DNA from: Candidatus Heimdallarchaeota archaeon
Lineage (GTDB): Archaea; Asgardarchaeota; Heimdallarchaeia; Hodarchaeales; Hodarchaeaceae
Direction of reading: 5' to 3'
Length of the DNA stretch: 46,569 nucleotides
Assembly: GCA_019057635.1 (NCBI GenBank)
Contig: DXJL01000101.1
Span: 1 to 46,569, forward strand
The notes below the pieces were generated by a model. That model made no database searches, was not told the DNA's origin, and worked only from the letters and a program-made list of their open reading frames with translations. A program made the position numbers and the translations under genes. Positions 36,334 through 46,466 of this stretch are shown one piece after another (the stretch's first letter is position 1; the number at the start of each line of letters is the position of its first letter).

Positions 36334-39300
36334 CTACTTCTTTTTCTTCTTTTGCTTGCCTTTCTTTCCAGATTCCCCAGTTATTGATCCTAATTCAGAT
36401 AAAGCGTCTGAAAATAAATCTATTAAATCAGGTGGTTTCACTTCAGCTGGTTTTGGAGTTTGTGGTTCAGAGATTTCCTCGTAGGACACTTCTGGAATTC
36501 CAAAGATATCTTGTGTGTCACCAGATTCGTCTTCAACAAGGGCATCCACAACAGAGTCTAAAGAACTGGTTATGTCGGTATCGAACAGACTTTTCGTTTC
36601 TTTAGTTGGTTCTGGTTCGTGTCTAGGAGGTAACACTCTTTCTGTATCTACCAGCGCCATTTCTAATTCTTCAAGGTCAGGTAGACTTTGAAGCTGTTTC
36701 TTCTTCTCACTTTCCAAATCAGGTTCTAATTGAAGCGACTTTAATTGTGTGGGTTTTACTACTTCTTCTTTGGGTTTATAGGATGATTTCAGAGTACTTA
36801 AATCTGGAGTTCCAGACGTAACTTCAACTATAGTAGGAGATATTACTGGTTTAGGTTCACTGATTTTATCTGGTGAAGGAGTAGTTGCTCCTTTTCTTAA
36901 TAAACGCCCAAAAGTATCGACTTCCCACTCTTCCTCACTAGCAGAGGGTTCTTGTTCAGACAGTGATCGTAACACATCAGCTCCCCTCTTTTTGGAATCT
37001 TCTCGAGAGCTAAACAGTGTGGTTACTTCATTATCGGATAGTGTTACACCTTCTTTGCCTTGTTGGCTAACTTCAGGAAATAATTCTTCTTCAACTGATA
37101 ATGATACTTGTGAGACCTCTTCAGGGGAAGGATCAAGTGAAAATAAGCTCGAAACTTCATCATCACTCAGTATGGTGGATACTTCGGCCTCATCCTGTTT
37201 CGGAGGGATTTCCAAAACTTCACTGCTTATTTGCGGTTGCCCTTTTAAAGATGGTTTGTCTTCCAATAACTGAGAGATTTGAGGTTCTGGTTCTTGAATT
37301 ACCTTTGGAGTTTCCACTTGTTCTTGTAGTGGTGATTCTGGTTTGATTCCTTTAATAAAATCGACAATCTCTTTATCTTCTTCTTCGGTATCGGGCTCAA
37401 TGACTTTTTCTAAAAGGGGTTCTTCACTCGCTGTGATTAACTCCGCTGTGTCAACCAAAGTTGGAGTTACTGCGTCAACTTCGATTAATTGTCTGTCCTT
37501 TACTGATTTTGACTTCAAAAAGTTGCTACGTTCTTCTGAAAGGTGTTTAAAGTCCTTTTTAAATTTCTTGGGCTGTATACCCAATTCCTCAATATTATTT
37601 CTAATTTTCTTTGCTTTTTCAGTATCGTTTATGTCAGCAACGTAATTTAACATGAAAACTAGAATTCCACCCATATCCTCTGAACGGTTTATCATATTGG
37701 CTAATTTACTCATATATTCTAGATATCTAGATACAAGATTAAGATTATCGGTTGAAATTGCCACGGTAATTATCTCACAACAATTTCTGAAGAGTTCATC
37801 CAGATCCTCCAATTCTTCCAGTTTTTCTATTGTTTGTTGAAAAGCTGCTAGCACTGAGTCGTCTGAAATAGTGCAAAGGTATTTAGTGAGTAAAACTAGT
37901 AGTTGTGCTTCGTGTTTTTTGGCCTTATATTTACTGCAAATGTATATTCCTCTCTCAAATGTACGAATGGCTCTTTTTGAGGATGAGTATTGAGTTGCGA
38001 GATTATTATAGATAGTAACTACTCCATCAAAATCATTTGCTCCTCGTAGATAATCTGCAGCAAGATAAGCATACTCTGAGGCTAGATCAGGATTCTCAAA
38101 CGCTACCATTTGTGCAAATTTATCACAGACTTTTGCCCCTAGGTGATTTTTCTCTGCAGATAGTTCAGGGTTAGTTGTAATATGTTGAATCAACTTATCT
38201 GCAAACTCTCTTGCTTTTTCAATGTTAGATTTTCGAACTAAACTTTGAACGAAGTCCAGAGATTTATTTAAAAGATCCGAAAATGGTAAACTTGATCTTT
38301 CTGACAATATTGACATTAATTTCATTGCCTCAACAGCAAAACCAAACTCTGTCAATTTATTTGTGTATTTATATACCAAGTTATCTCCTAGATCTACAAG
38401 AGCACTTCCATACACAAGGTTAACTAATGAAATTATACCATCTGCACTGTCAAAGGTTAATGAAGAAGATTCAATTAGTTGATCAAAGAATTTTTCAGAA
38501 TACTTTATGTATTCCTCGAGTGGAGGAGAAAGAACCTCATTCACAACCGTAAGTAGCGCAACATCAGGATATTTTGTTAATAACGGATCAACGACTTTCT
38601 TTGTGATTTTCTTGAAGTCATCTTTCTCGCGATGAATTTCTATTATCTTGCGAAATACTTGAAGAGAAGGCTCTTTGACATTTTTAAAAGTAATATTGAA
38701 AATCTTATGAAGAAATTCAAGTGCTTTATCTGATTTATTGTCTTCCTCAAAGAGAGTTGCGACATTAAGAGCGAATTTGATAGCAGATAAATAGTCTTCG
38801 TTATCTAGAGTAATTTTGGCATATTCTTTTATCGATTGGATAGCGATTTTGTATTGTTGATGAGTTTTACCGAATCTAAATATTAGATCGGTCATTTTAG
38901 CTGCGTCTTCAAACTGGTCAAATTCTAAAAATCTATTTCTCATTTTTCCGAGATATTTGATGACATCAGGAATGCTGCCAGAGCTCTCTATATAACGAGC
39001 ATTTTGGACACTAAAAATGTATGCGTCTTGAAACATGCTCTGTTCTAATTGCCTATCAATGATGTTAGTCACAATTTCTATACATTTCTTATATTCTTCT
39101 TTTGCCTCATATTCTTTTAGTATGATGTCAGTAATTTTTTGTGATAATTCAACTGAATAATCAAGTAGGACTTCTTGATATTTCACCAAGACTTCAAGCG
39201 CTCCTTGATCATCTCCCATCCGTCTATAAGCTTCAGCAATCTCAAAAACGTATTTTTGGACAAGATCAACTCTTTGAGTACTTTCCAAAAGATGGTCAAC

Positions 39301-41931
39301 GAAACGACTTATTGAGTCAATTGCTCTCGTATACTCACTTTGTTTACCTTGGAGGATTACTAGCTGATCCAAGATTGACGCCGCTCTATCAACCTCATTC
39401 GTTGTTAATAGATCTTTTATGAACTTCTGCAGCAAATCATAATCACTATGATCTGACTGTAACATTAAGCTAGAGATGTAACGAATATATTCGAAAATCA
39501 TATCGTTTTGGCCATACTCTCTTAATTTGTCTATAAATTGGCAACAAAATTTAATTACATCCTTTATTTTCTTTGTTTCCAACAACCGAGATAATTCTAA
39601 ATTAATCATCTCTTGAGCGGTAAGAAAAGCATGACTCACATGCATTTCATCAACATATTTCAGAACAATTTTCTCCCTCTTCTTAGGGTCATCAATTGTT
39701 TGAAGAGCGGTCTGAATAAAGGATTTAGCGCGATCTTTCATCCCTAATTTCCCCAGTAAATCGCCCATTGCGAGCTGTTTTTCTATTCGACGAGAATCAT
39801 CATCTTTGTATGCTTTACTAATGAGATCTTCAACAAACTGCAAATAATTTTTTGCCGCCTCTATTTCTTTTAATTCAGTGAGTCCCCTCACTACTCCAAG
39901 GCTAAAATCAACAGCTTCTTCAACCTTTTTCAATTCATAAAAAAGCTTTATTGCTTGATTACTAAGTTCACACGCTTTTACATATGTTTCTGAATTCATA
40001 AGTGCTTTTGAAGCTTCCAATGCGATTTCTAAAGCTTTTTCCTTCTTTCCCTGAGTCTCCAGGGTAAGGATTAATCGATTAACGTATCTTTGATAATGAG
40101 ATTTTTCTTGGATCTCTTTTAATAATTGTGTTGTCTCTTCAAGCGTGCTCAGAATTTCAAAATTAGCTTTACGTTCTTCTTGTACTCCCAGTGCAGAGTC
40201 AACTAAGAAAATAATGTCCTCCAAGAATCCATCTCTTTGCTCCTTTGAGAGTGTGTCCCCACTTGCTCCTATCTCTTTTATGGCAAAGTGGGCATAACGA
40301 AGAGCATTCTCCCACATTACTACTGGGAGTCGAGCATGCTTATAATACTCCGCTTGTTTTTTAGCCAAAAGTAAGATTGTTGATATTGAATCAGGTACTA
40401 TTTTTTCAGACAAGTAGTAATCTAAAACTAAATCACATAAATTCGCTGCATTCAAATGTTTATTTTGATCGGCCAGCATCTCTATAGATTCAAATACGAA
40501 TTCAACAGATGATTCCATATCAATTTTGAGCAGATCTGAGATCAATTCTGATTGAAGCTTCACAACTTTGGAATCTTTTCCTTGATCTATCAGGGATTTC
40601 ACAAGTTTTCTCCCAAATCGTAGGATACCCTTAGAATTGTTTTCTTTACGAAATCGCTTGAGCAAAACTTCAGTGATTTTCGAGGCGGCTTTAAGATTCC
40701 CCTCTGCTTCATTCTGTTCAATAATTTTTAAGAAGTGACCAACAGCCACATTACTGATGATTTGGTCCATTGGCTTTGTTGCTAAATTGCCAATAGTCTG
40801 AAAAATCAATTCTGAAGCATCGTACAAGTAACTAAAAGAGATTTGGGGTATTTCCTGATTTATCAGACGAGCAATTTCATCCTGATCAATTTTTATTCCT
40901 GTAGGGGCGGAAATTGAACCATCAGACTTACGAAAACGTAAAAACCAATCATCAAATTTTCTGAGTACAATACAATCCACTCCACCCGAATGAACAATCT
41001 CCACTTCTTTAACAGGAAGAGGTTGTCCTACTTCTACGACTTCTTTAACCTTGTTGATAAATTTATCAAAATCATCAGCCTTACTGAATTCAGACATGTC
41101 AAAATCGGATAAATCAACAAGTGTCACTTCATCTTGTTTTAAGGTAGTAGCTGATTTTGACTTTAAAATGGGTGAAGGATCATCGACATCAACTATAGTG
41201 TCCATTTGAGGAATTGAAACAGTATCTTCAGATTCAAATTTCTCTGGATTTAAAATTAGTGATTCAATTTGCTCTGCAGAATCATATATTGCAGAAAAGG
41301 AAAGAAAATCAATTCCTGATTCACTGATTAATTCTACAACTTTATCTTGATTTACATCGTCTTTAGAATAGACTTTTCTCTGTAGCAATTCATCATTGCG
41401 AGATAAAACTACAGCAAATTTCCCTTCGGGAGTATAATAAATTGTGGCAAATCCTGATTTCGAGTGCAGCATTTTGATCTTTTTTAGTTCTTTATCTCCA
41501 GGAGGAATTGTCAGAATCCTACTTGATGTTCCTGCGGCTGTATCTTCAACAATCTCATCTCCCTCCTCTAGTACATCTTCAGTTAGTATACCGAACTTTT
41601 CAGTTACATCATTAACATCTCGCGTTATTGGAGTCGAAGCAGGTTCATCTTCTATTGAGAAAGCCTGAAATTCATCCTTAATTGTATTCACAAGTAGATC
41701 AGAGATTTCAAAGATTGCAGAAAAACTAAAAAATTCCACTCCCGCCTCACTCAAGAGATCCACCATCCTATCCTGATTAAGCTTGTTTTGAGAGAGAGAA
41801 GCGGTATTTATTTGTCTATCATTCTGGAAAAAATTCAGTACGTACCGATCTCTGCTTTCTCTAATCTCAACTTCTACCCCAGAAGTAGAGGGAAGCTCTA
41901 TCCGAACCAGTTTTTCGTTTCGGGTTGCCAT
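36334..41931 (-). CDS. 1865-aa protein: three N-terminal ~75-aa repeats, long alpha-solenoid (TPR/SNAP-like), acidic disordered tail
   Basis: Repeated NQD...SFS(A/Y)(I/L)(F/Y)(E/D) motif; ~1100 aa of amphipathic helical pairs; E/P/S-rich last ~390 aa; ends GKKGKQKKKKK. Confidence 0.85.
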   Translation of the reverse strand: MATRNEKLVRIELPSTSGVEVEIRESRDRYVLNFFQNDRQINTASLSQNKLNQDRMVDLLSEAGVEFFSFSAIFEISDLLVNTIKDEFQAFSIEDEPASTPITRDVNDVTEKFGILTEDVLEEGDEIVEDTAAGTSSRILTIPPGDKELKKIKMLHSKSGFATIYYTPEGKFAVVLSRNDELLQRKVYSKDDVNQDKVVELISESGIDFLSFSAIYDSAEQIESLILNPEKFESEDTVSIPQMDTIVDVDDPSPILKSKSATTLKQDEVTLVDLSDFDMSEFSKADDFDKFINKVKEVVEVGQPLPVKEVEIVHSGGVDCIVLRKFDDWFLRFRKSDGSISAPTGIKIDQDEIARLINQEIPQISFSYLYDASELIFQTIGNLATKPMDQIISNVAVGHFLKIIEQNEAEGNLKAASKITEVLLKRFRKENNSKGILRFGRKLVKSLIDQGKDSKVVKLQSELISDLLKIDMESSVEFVFESIEMLADQNKHLNAANLCDLVLDYYLSEKIVPDSISTILLLAKKQAEYYKHARLPVVMWENALRYAHFAIKEIGASGDTLSKEQRDGFLEDIIFLVDSALGVQEERKANFEILSTLEETTQLLKEIQEKSHYQRYVNRLILTLETQGKKEKALEIALEASKALMNSETYVKACELSNQAIKLFYELKKVEEAVDFSLGVVRGLTELKEIEAAKNYLQFVEDLISKAYKDDDSRRIEKQLAMGDLLGKLGMKDRAKSFIQTALQTIDDPKKREKIVLKYVDEMHVSHAFLTAQEMINLELSRLLETKKIKDVIKFCCQFIDKLREYGQNDMIFEYIRYISSLMLQSDHSDYDLLQKFIKDLLTTNEVDRAASILDQLVILQGKQSEYTRAIDSISRFVDHLLESTQRVDLVQKYVFEIAEAYRRMGDDQGALEVLVKYQEVLLDYSVELSQKITDIILKEYEAKEEYKKCIEIVTNIIDRQLEQSMFQDAYIFSVQNARYIESSGSIPDVIKYLGKMRNRFLEFDQFEDAAKMTDLIFRFGKTHQQYKIAIQSIKEYAKITLDNEDYLSAIKFALNVATLFEEDNKSDKALEFLHKIFNITFKNVKEPSLQVFRKIIEIHREKDDFKKITKKVVDPLLTKYPDVALLTVVNEVLSPPLEEYIKYSEKFFDQLIESSSLTFDSADGIISLVNLVYGSALVDLGDNLVYKYTNKLTEFGFAVEAMKLMSILSERSSLPFSDLLNKSLDFVQSLVRKSNIEKAREFADKLIQHITTNPELSAEKNHLGAKVCDKFAQMVAFENPDLASEYAYLAADYLRGANDFDGVVTIYNNLATQYSSSKRAIRTFERGIYICSKYKAKKHEAQLLVLLTKYLCTISDDSVLAAFQQTIEKLEELEDLDELFRNCCEIITVAISTDNLNLVSRYLEYMSKLANMINRSEDMGGILVFMLNYVADINDTEKAKKIRNNIEELGIQPKKFKKDFKHLSEERSNFLKSKSVKDRQLIEVDAVTPTLVDTAELITASEEPLLEKVIEPDTEEEDKEIVDFIKGIKPESPLQEQVETPKVIQEPEPQISQLLEDKPSLKGQPQISSEVLEIPPKQDEAEVSTILSDDEVSSLFSLDPSPEEVSQVSLSVEEELFPEVSQQGKEGVTLSDNEVTTLFSSREDSKKRGADVLRSLSEQEPSASEEEWEVDTFGRLLRKGATTPSPDKISEPKPVISPTIVEVTSGTPDLSTLKSSYKPKEEVVKPTQLKSLQLEPDLESEKKKQLQSLPDLEELEMALVDTERVLPPRHEPEPTKETKSLFDTDITSSLDSVVDALVEDESGDTQDIFGIPEVSYEEISEPQTPKPAEVKPPDLIDLFSDALSELGSITGESGKKGKQKKKKK

Positions 41932-42080
41932 AATTACTCGTTCATCCTATGTAGATAAATGATATATTGTGTCTTCTAAAAGATTTTCTAATTCTAAACA
42001 AGGCTAATATCTGTATAGGTTTGTTTCTATACAGGTGAGTGTTAAAGTGGACTGTATTAACAAAACTCTTCCATTGGTGA

Positions 42081-43343
42081 TCATTCAGAGGCTCTCTCGA
42101 CGTAAATTTGCACTAGATTTATAATTGTTTCAACTGATTTCTCCAAGGCGACAACGGGAACAAATTCCTTTTTACTATGAAAATTCATCGCTCCAGAGAA
42201 TATATTCGGAGTTGGTAGACCACGATAACTTAAACGAGCGCCATCTGTTCCTCCACGTATGGCTTTCTTGATGACAGGAATACCTGTTCGTTTGATTGCT
42301 TCCTCGGCATTCATCATAACTTCAGGGACTTCATCTATCTTATATTTCATGTTTTTGTACGATTCTTTGATAGTTAAATTGATTTTGGAATAAGGATATT
42401 TTTCCTGAATATGATTTGTAAACTCTTCTACATTCCGAATCTTTTGTCTAAGCTGTTCAAAATCAAAATCCCGGATAATAAACTTTAATTTTGCCTCATT
42501 AACAGAAGCTGAAGATTCATATGGATGATAATAACCTTTTTTCTTTTCTGTTGTTTCAGGTGACTCATCTATAGGAAAATTTTGAATAATATCAGCTAGA
42601 ATTCTGATAGCATTTATCATTTTACCTTTAGCATACCCTGGATGACAGTTAAAACCCGTTATCTGTATATCCCCTCCTGCGGCATTAAAAGTTTCAGATT
42701 CTAAAACTCCCATTTCATCCCCATCAATCGTATATCCAAAATCTGCCTTTAAGGATTCAACATCAAGTCCATCAACACCACGACCTACCTCTTCATCTGG
42801 AGTAAATACAATTTTAATAGTTCCGTGTTTCAATTTAGGATCGGCCTTCAACTTTGTTAAAGCAGCCATAATTGCCGCCACTCCGGCTTTATTATCTCCT
42901 CCTAATAATGTAGTCCCATCAGATGTTACTATATCACTACCAACGAATTTCAGTAGCGCGGGTGTGTCTTTAGGTGATATTACAATATCTAGATTTCCAG
43001 GAAGTTGTATGTCACCTCCTTGATAGTTATTAACAATTTGGGGTTTGACCTTATCTCCTGCTTCTTCTGGAGAAGTATCCATATGAGCAAAAAAGCAAAC
43101 TACAGGTACTGTCTTTGTAATCTCGGGTGTTAAATTTGATGGTAGTGTTGCAATGACATAACATTCATCGGATACAATGGTATCCACTATTCCAAGTTCT
43201 TTGAGCTCCTGAACAAGTATATTTGCAAGGTCAAACTGCCGTTTAGTACTTGGAATAGTTTCCTCATCCTCCTTACTAGTTGTGTGGATTGTAACGTATT
43301 TTAAAAAGCGTTCTAAAACATCTGATGGCATTATGGACACCAT
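42081..43343 (-). CDS. pepT: Peptidase T (M20B tripeptidase)
   Basis: ERFLKYV, AHMDTS, TTLLGGDNKAGVA, FTPDEEVGRG, IRGGTDGARLS, NFHSKKE. Confidence 0.96.
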   Translation of the reverse strand: MVSIMPSDVLERFLKYVTIHTTSKEDEETIPSTKRQFDLANILVQELKELGIVDTIVSDECYVIATLPSNLTPEITKTVPVVCFFAHMDTSPEEAGDKVKPQIVNNYQGGDIQLPGNLDIVISPKDTPALLKFVGSDIVTSDGTTLLGGDNKAGVAAIMAALTKLKADPKLKHGTIKIVFTPDEEVGRGVDGLDVESLKADFGYTIDGDEMGVLESETFNAAGGDIQITGFNCHPGYAKGKMINAIRILADIIQNFPIDESPETTEKKKGYYHPYESSASVNEAKLKFIIRDFDFEQLRQKIRNVEEFTNHIQEKYPYSKINLTIKESYKNMKYKIDEVPEVMMNAEEAIKRTGIPVIKKAIRGGTDGARLSYRGLPTPNIFSGAMNFHSKKEFVPVVALEKSVETIINLVQIYVERASE

Positions 43344-43418
43344 CTACAACATGTAAAAGTGAGATTTTATTTCTTTTAGAAATAGAAAAAAGGAAAGGAA
43401 TGGAGATAATAGGGTGGT

Positions 43419-44159
43419 TTAGCTACTACGACCCACTGGGAGATATGGGAGAAGTAAGGAGGCTAATAATCCAATCTCACGATTTTGTGTATACACAACA
43501 CCGGGACCAGTATAACGAATCACCACTCCTTCTCCACCGAGTATGAAACTCTTTCGACCACCTACTTTTGAAACTTTATGTTGCATGCCTGCTTGATATG
43601 CCATCATAACTCCGTTATCCACGACGAACTCCTGATCTGGTTCCAATTCATGTCGTTCAACATATCCATACCCCCCTATCCACACATCCCCGTCAGCTTC
43701 AGCCATGATTTTGGTTAGCATTAGACCTTCACCACCCAAAACTCCCTTGAATCCTCCAAATTTCGACGTTACTGCGACACTAGTTGTTCCACAGATATAT
43801 GCGTCTCGACTAAGAATCCATTCTTCTCCTTGTGCTAAATGAAGGTGAACAATATCCCCTGGAGCTCCATGAGCAAAAGCTACCATTCCTGGTGGAGAAC
43901 CATCAGAAATCGAAAAAAAGTTCTGGAACATTGATTCACCAGAAAACTTCCTTTTTAAACCTCGCATAACTCCACCAGCTGATTTAGTTTCCATGTTAAC
44001 ATGTCCATCCATGTATACCATGGCTCCACCTTCAGCTCGAACTTTTTGACCTGGATTATCTAACGTTATTCGGACTACTGCAAACGCTGGAGCACCAGTT
44101 ACTTCATAGTTAAGAAATGACTTTTCCTTACCGCTTGACATTATTTTTTCACTCATCAA
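43419..44159 (-). CDS. AIM24/TIGR00266 (DUF124) family protein
   Basis: VRAEGGAMVYM, SGESMFQN, GGEGL, VVDNG, GGEGVVIRYTGPGVVYTQ. Confidence 0.9.
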   Translation of the reverse strand: MMSEKIMSSGKEKSFLNYEVTGAPAFAVVRITLDNPGQKVRAEGGAMVYMDGHVNMETKSAGGVMRGLKRKFSGESMFQNFFSISDGSPPGMVAFAHGAPGDIVHLHLAQGEEWILSRDAYICGTTSVAVTSKFGGFKGVLGGEGLMLTKIMAEADGDVWIGGYGYVERHELEPDQEFVVDNGVMMAYQAGMQHKVSKVGGRKSFILGGEGVVIRYTGPGVVYTQNREIGLLASLLLPYLPVGRSS

Positions 44160-44253
44160 TACTCAATATGGTTATATCGAGTTCTCATTACTAGTAATTA
44201 TAAGCAATTCTAATTCGGAATCTAACTATTGAAAGAATGAATTTCCTCTGATG

Positions 44254-44895
44254 TTAAGGAGTTCTTAAATTCCGTATAATGAAGTTAAAATCTGCAAAGG
44301 CCTGAAATTTAATCTCATTCTCACGGCAAATTCTTGCTAATTCGGAGTTCTCAACAACAAATGCAGTATCGGCTCGTTTTGCTGCATGAAAATCGCCACT
44401 TCCGTCCCCAACATAAGTAACGGAATAACCCTGAGTTTTATACTGAATAACAAGATCTTCTTTGAAATTATTTGATTCTGGAAATTTTAATTCTGAAAAT
44501 TTGAAAGATATTCCATTAAAATTAAATTTAGTAGTACCAGAGACTATCGGGATGGGATAATTCAATTTTAGCCTCTCTAAAAAATGTTCAATAACAAAAT
44601 CTAGCCCAGCTGACACAATAACAAGGGGAATTTGAAATTTTTCACAAAAAAGGACGAAATTTTTAAAATTCGGTCTGAAAGCGATATTTCCATCAAGTAC
44701 ATGTATAATATCAGCTTGTGTGACATTTATTAACGAAAACTGCTTAGACAGGCACTCTTCTAAAGAAATTTCCCCTTTTAGCAGCTGATCGTCATATTTT
44801 CTCCAATTTCCAGAACCATATCGTTTTAAAACTAATAAAGCACTATCTTCGATGATAATAGTCCCATCAAAATCCAAAAGGACTATATGTTTCAT
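44254..44895 (-). CDS. HAD-superfamily phosphatase, MtnX-like
   Basis: DFDGT, IVSAG, K, YVGDGSGD motifs. Confidence 0.85.
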   Translation of the reverse strand: MKHIVLLDFDGTIIIEDSALLVLKRYGSGNWRKYDDQLLKGEISLEECLSKQFSLINVTQADIIHVLDGNIAFRPNFKNFVLFCEKFQIPLVIVSAGLDFVIEHFLERLKLNYPIPIVSGTTKFNFNGISFKFSELKFPESNNFKEDLVIQYKTQGYSVTYVGDGSGDFHAAKRADTAFVVENSELARICRENEIKFQAFADFNFIIRNLRTP

Positions 44896-44924
44896 CGGAA
44901 TCTAAAACAATTTTCACAAGTGAA

Positions 44925-46373
44925 TCAGTCAAAGGGGGCTCTTTTACCAGCTAAATAGTCTTTATGATGATCTTTAACCAACATTAAGAAAATCAGTCCA
45001 ATAATATATATTACACCAAGAACGATGAATCCTACACGATACGAAGTCGGTATACTTCCAGTTATCTCTTGAGTAATTGATAATACTGCTGCGAAAATGG
45101 ACATACCTATAGCACTGCCACCTTTACTGACTAATTTGCTAAACCCGAAGTATTGTCCCACTTTATCTTCAGGGGCTAATTCAATTACCATCTGTCTATT
45201 GGCGACCCAAGTTGAACCTTGAGCTCCACCAATAATTAATGCTGCAATAAATAATAAAACAAGCCAAACTCCACCTAAGCTAGGATCATTTGTATCAGCT
45301 AAAACCGCTATTACAAGGGTGAATAAGTATCCTACTCCTACTATAAGGAATGCCATTTTAGGCCCCTGTTTATCAGATACTGGACCAATTGCTAAGGTCA
45401 ATACGCTGGCTCCGATAACCCCTACGAAAATTAGTATAAGGGGCATCGTACCTGAGAGTCCCCAAGCATCTTCTGCTGCAGGTAGCATGTATGCAATAAT
45501 TGTATTAACTACATCTACCGTTAAAATCCAACCAATCATGAAAAATAACATATCGCGATAAGTAACTACTTCTCTGGTCGTTATTTTTAGTTCAGAAAAC
45601 GCACTCTTTAATACACTACTAGTGGAGTGAGGTTCTTTCTTCGTTCTTTCAGTTACCCAGAGAAAAGGTATTGCTGTAATAAGAAAAGCAAGTGCGCAAA
45701 TTAACCACATCCACTGAAACTCACCTAAAACAATCTGGTCAAAAGAAATAGGCATTCCTCCTTCTTCAATTGGAGCGCTTAATGGGACTCCATCCTCTCG
45801 TAATGGAGTATGATCTAGTATTCCGACAAACGGCAATATAAATAGAATTGCAATAGCAATAAATGATCCTACATATCCAATAGCCACTCCAGTTGCTGAA
45901 ACTTTACCAATTTCATCTTCGGCACAAATATGAGGAATCATGGCATCATAGAATAGGTTCCCCCACTGATAAGTAATATTAGCGATGATAAATAGGAAAA
46001 AAGCAATCCAAAAATTAACAAAGAAATAAACAATTCCTGTAGTTAGTATACAAAGAACCCCTAAAAGGACAACTTTGCTTTTTCGTTCTCCACTTTTGTC
46101 GCTTAAAGCTCCCATAAAAGGTATTGTTAAAGCCACAAATATCGTAGATATTGAACCAGCCAACCCAGCAAGGAAATTTGACTCACTCCAGCTTAATCCT
46201 TGCTGCATACCAAGTAAAGTAAAAAATTTAATCACTGTTAGGGAAACTATCCCCATAGAAAACACTGTATTGGCCAAATCATACATAGACCATAATAATA
46301 TGTTACCGCGGGTTGAACGTTTATTTATAGGAGCTGTAATGTTAGCCATGATTAACTCAACTGGTTTGAGCAT
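44925..46373 (-). CDS. MFS transporter, UMF1/Atg22 family
   Basis: WSMYDLANT, PFMGALSD, FYDAMIP, GKVSATGVAIGYVG, GQYFGF. Confidence 0.9.
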   Translation of the reverse strand: MLKPVELIMANITAPINKRSTRGNILLWSMYDLANTVFSMGIVSLTVIKFFTLLGMQQGLSWSESNFLAGLAGSISTIFVALTIPFMGALSDKSGERKSKVVLLGVLCILTTGIVYFFVNFWIAFFLFIIANITYQWGNLFYDAMIPHICAEDEIGKVSATGVAIGYVGSFIAIAILFILPFVGILDHTPLREDGVPLSAPIEEGGMPISFDQIVLGEFQWMWLICALAFLITAIPFLWVTERTKKEPHSTSSVLKSAFSELKITTREVVTYRDMLFFMIGWILTVDVVNTIIAYMLPAAEDAWGLSGTMPLILIFVGVIGASVLTLAIGPVSDKQGPKMAFLIVGVGYLFTLVIAVLADTNDPSLGGVWLVLLFIAALIIGGAQGSTWVANRQMVIELAPEDKVGQYFGFSKLVSKGGSAIGMSIFAAVLSITQEITGSIPTSYRVGFIVLGVIYIIGLIFLMLVKDHHKDYLAGKRAPFD

Positions 46374-46466
46374 CGGGAATTGGTTTATTATAAAGTTTTG
46401 TAAGGTACTTCTTAGCGATAAATAAAAGAACCATTCAAAGTAGCTCGTCCTAAGCTGGATGTAATA

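Noticed and set aside
42011-42034. LexA SOS box (CTGT...ACAG)
   Set aside because: The spacer is 16 nt rather than 8, and the host is archaeal.
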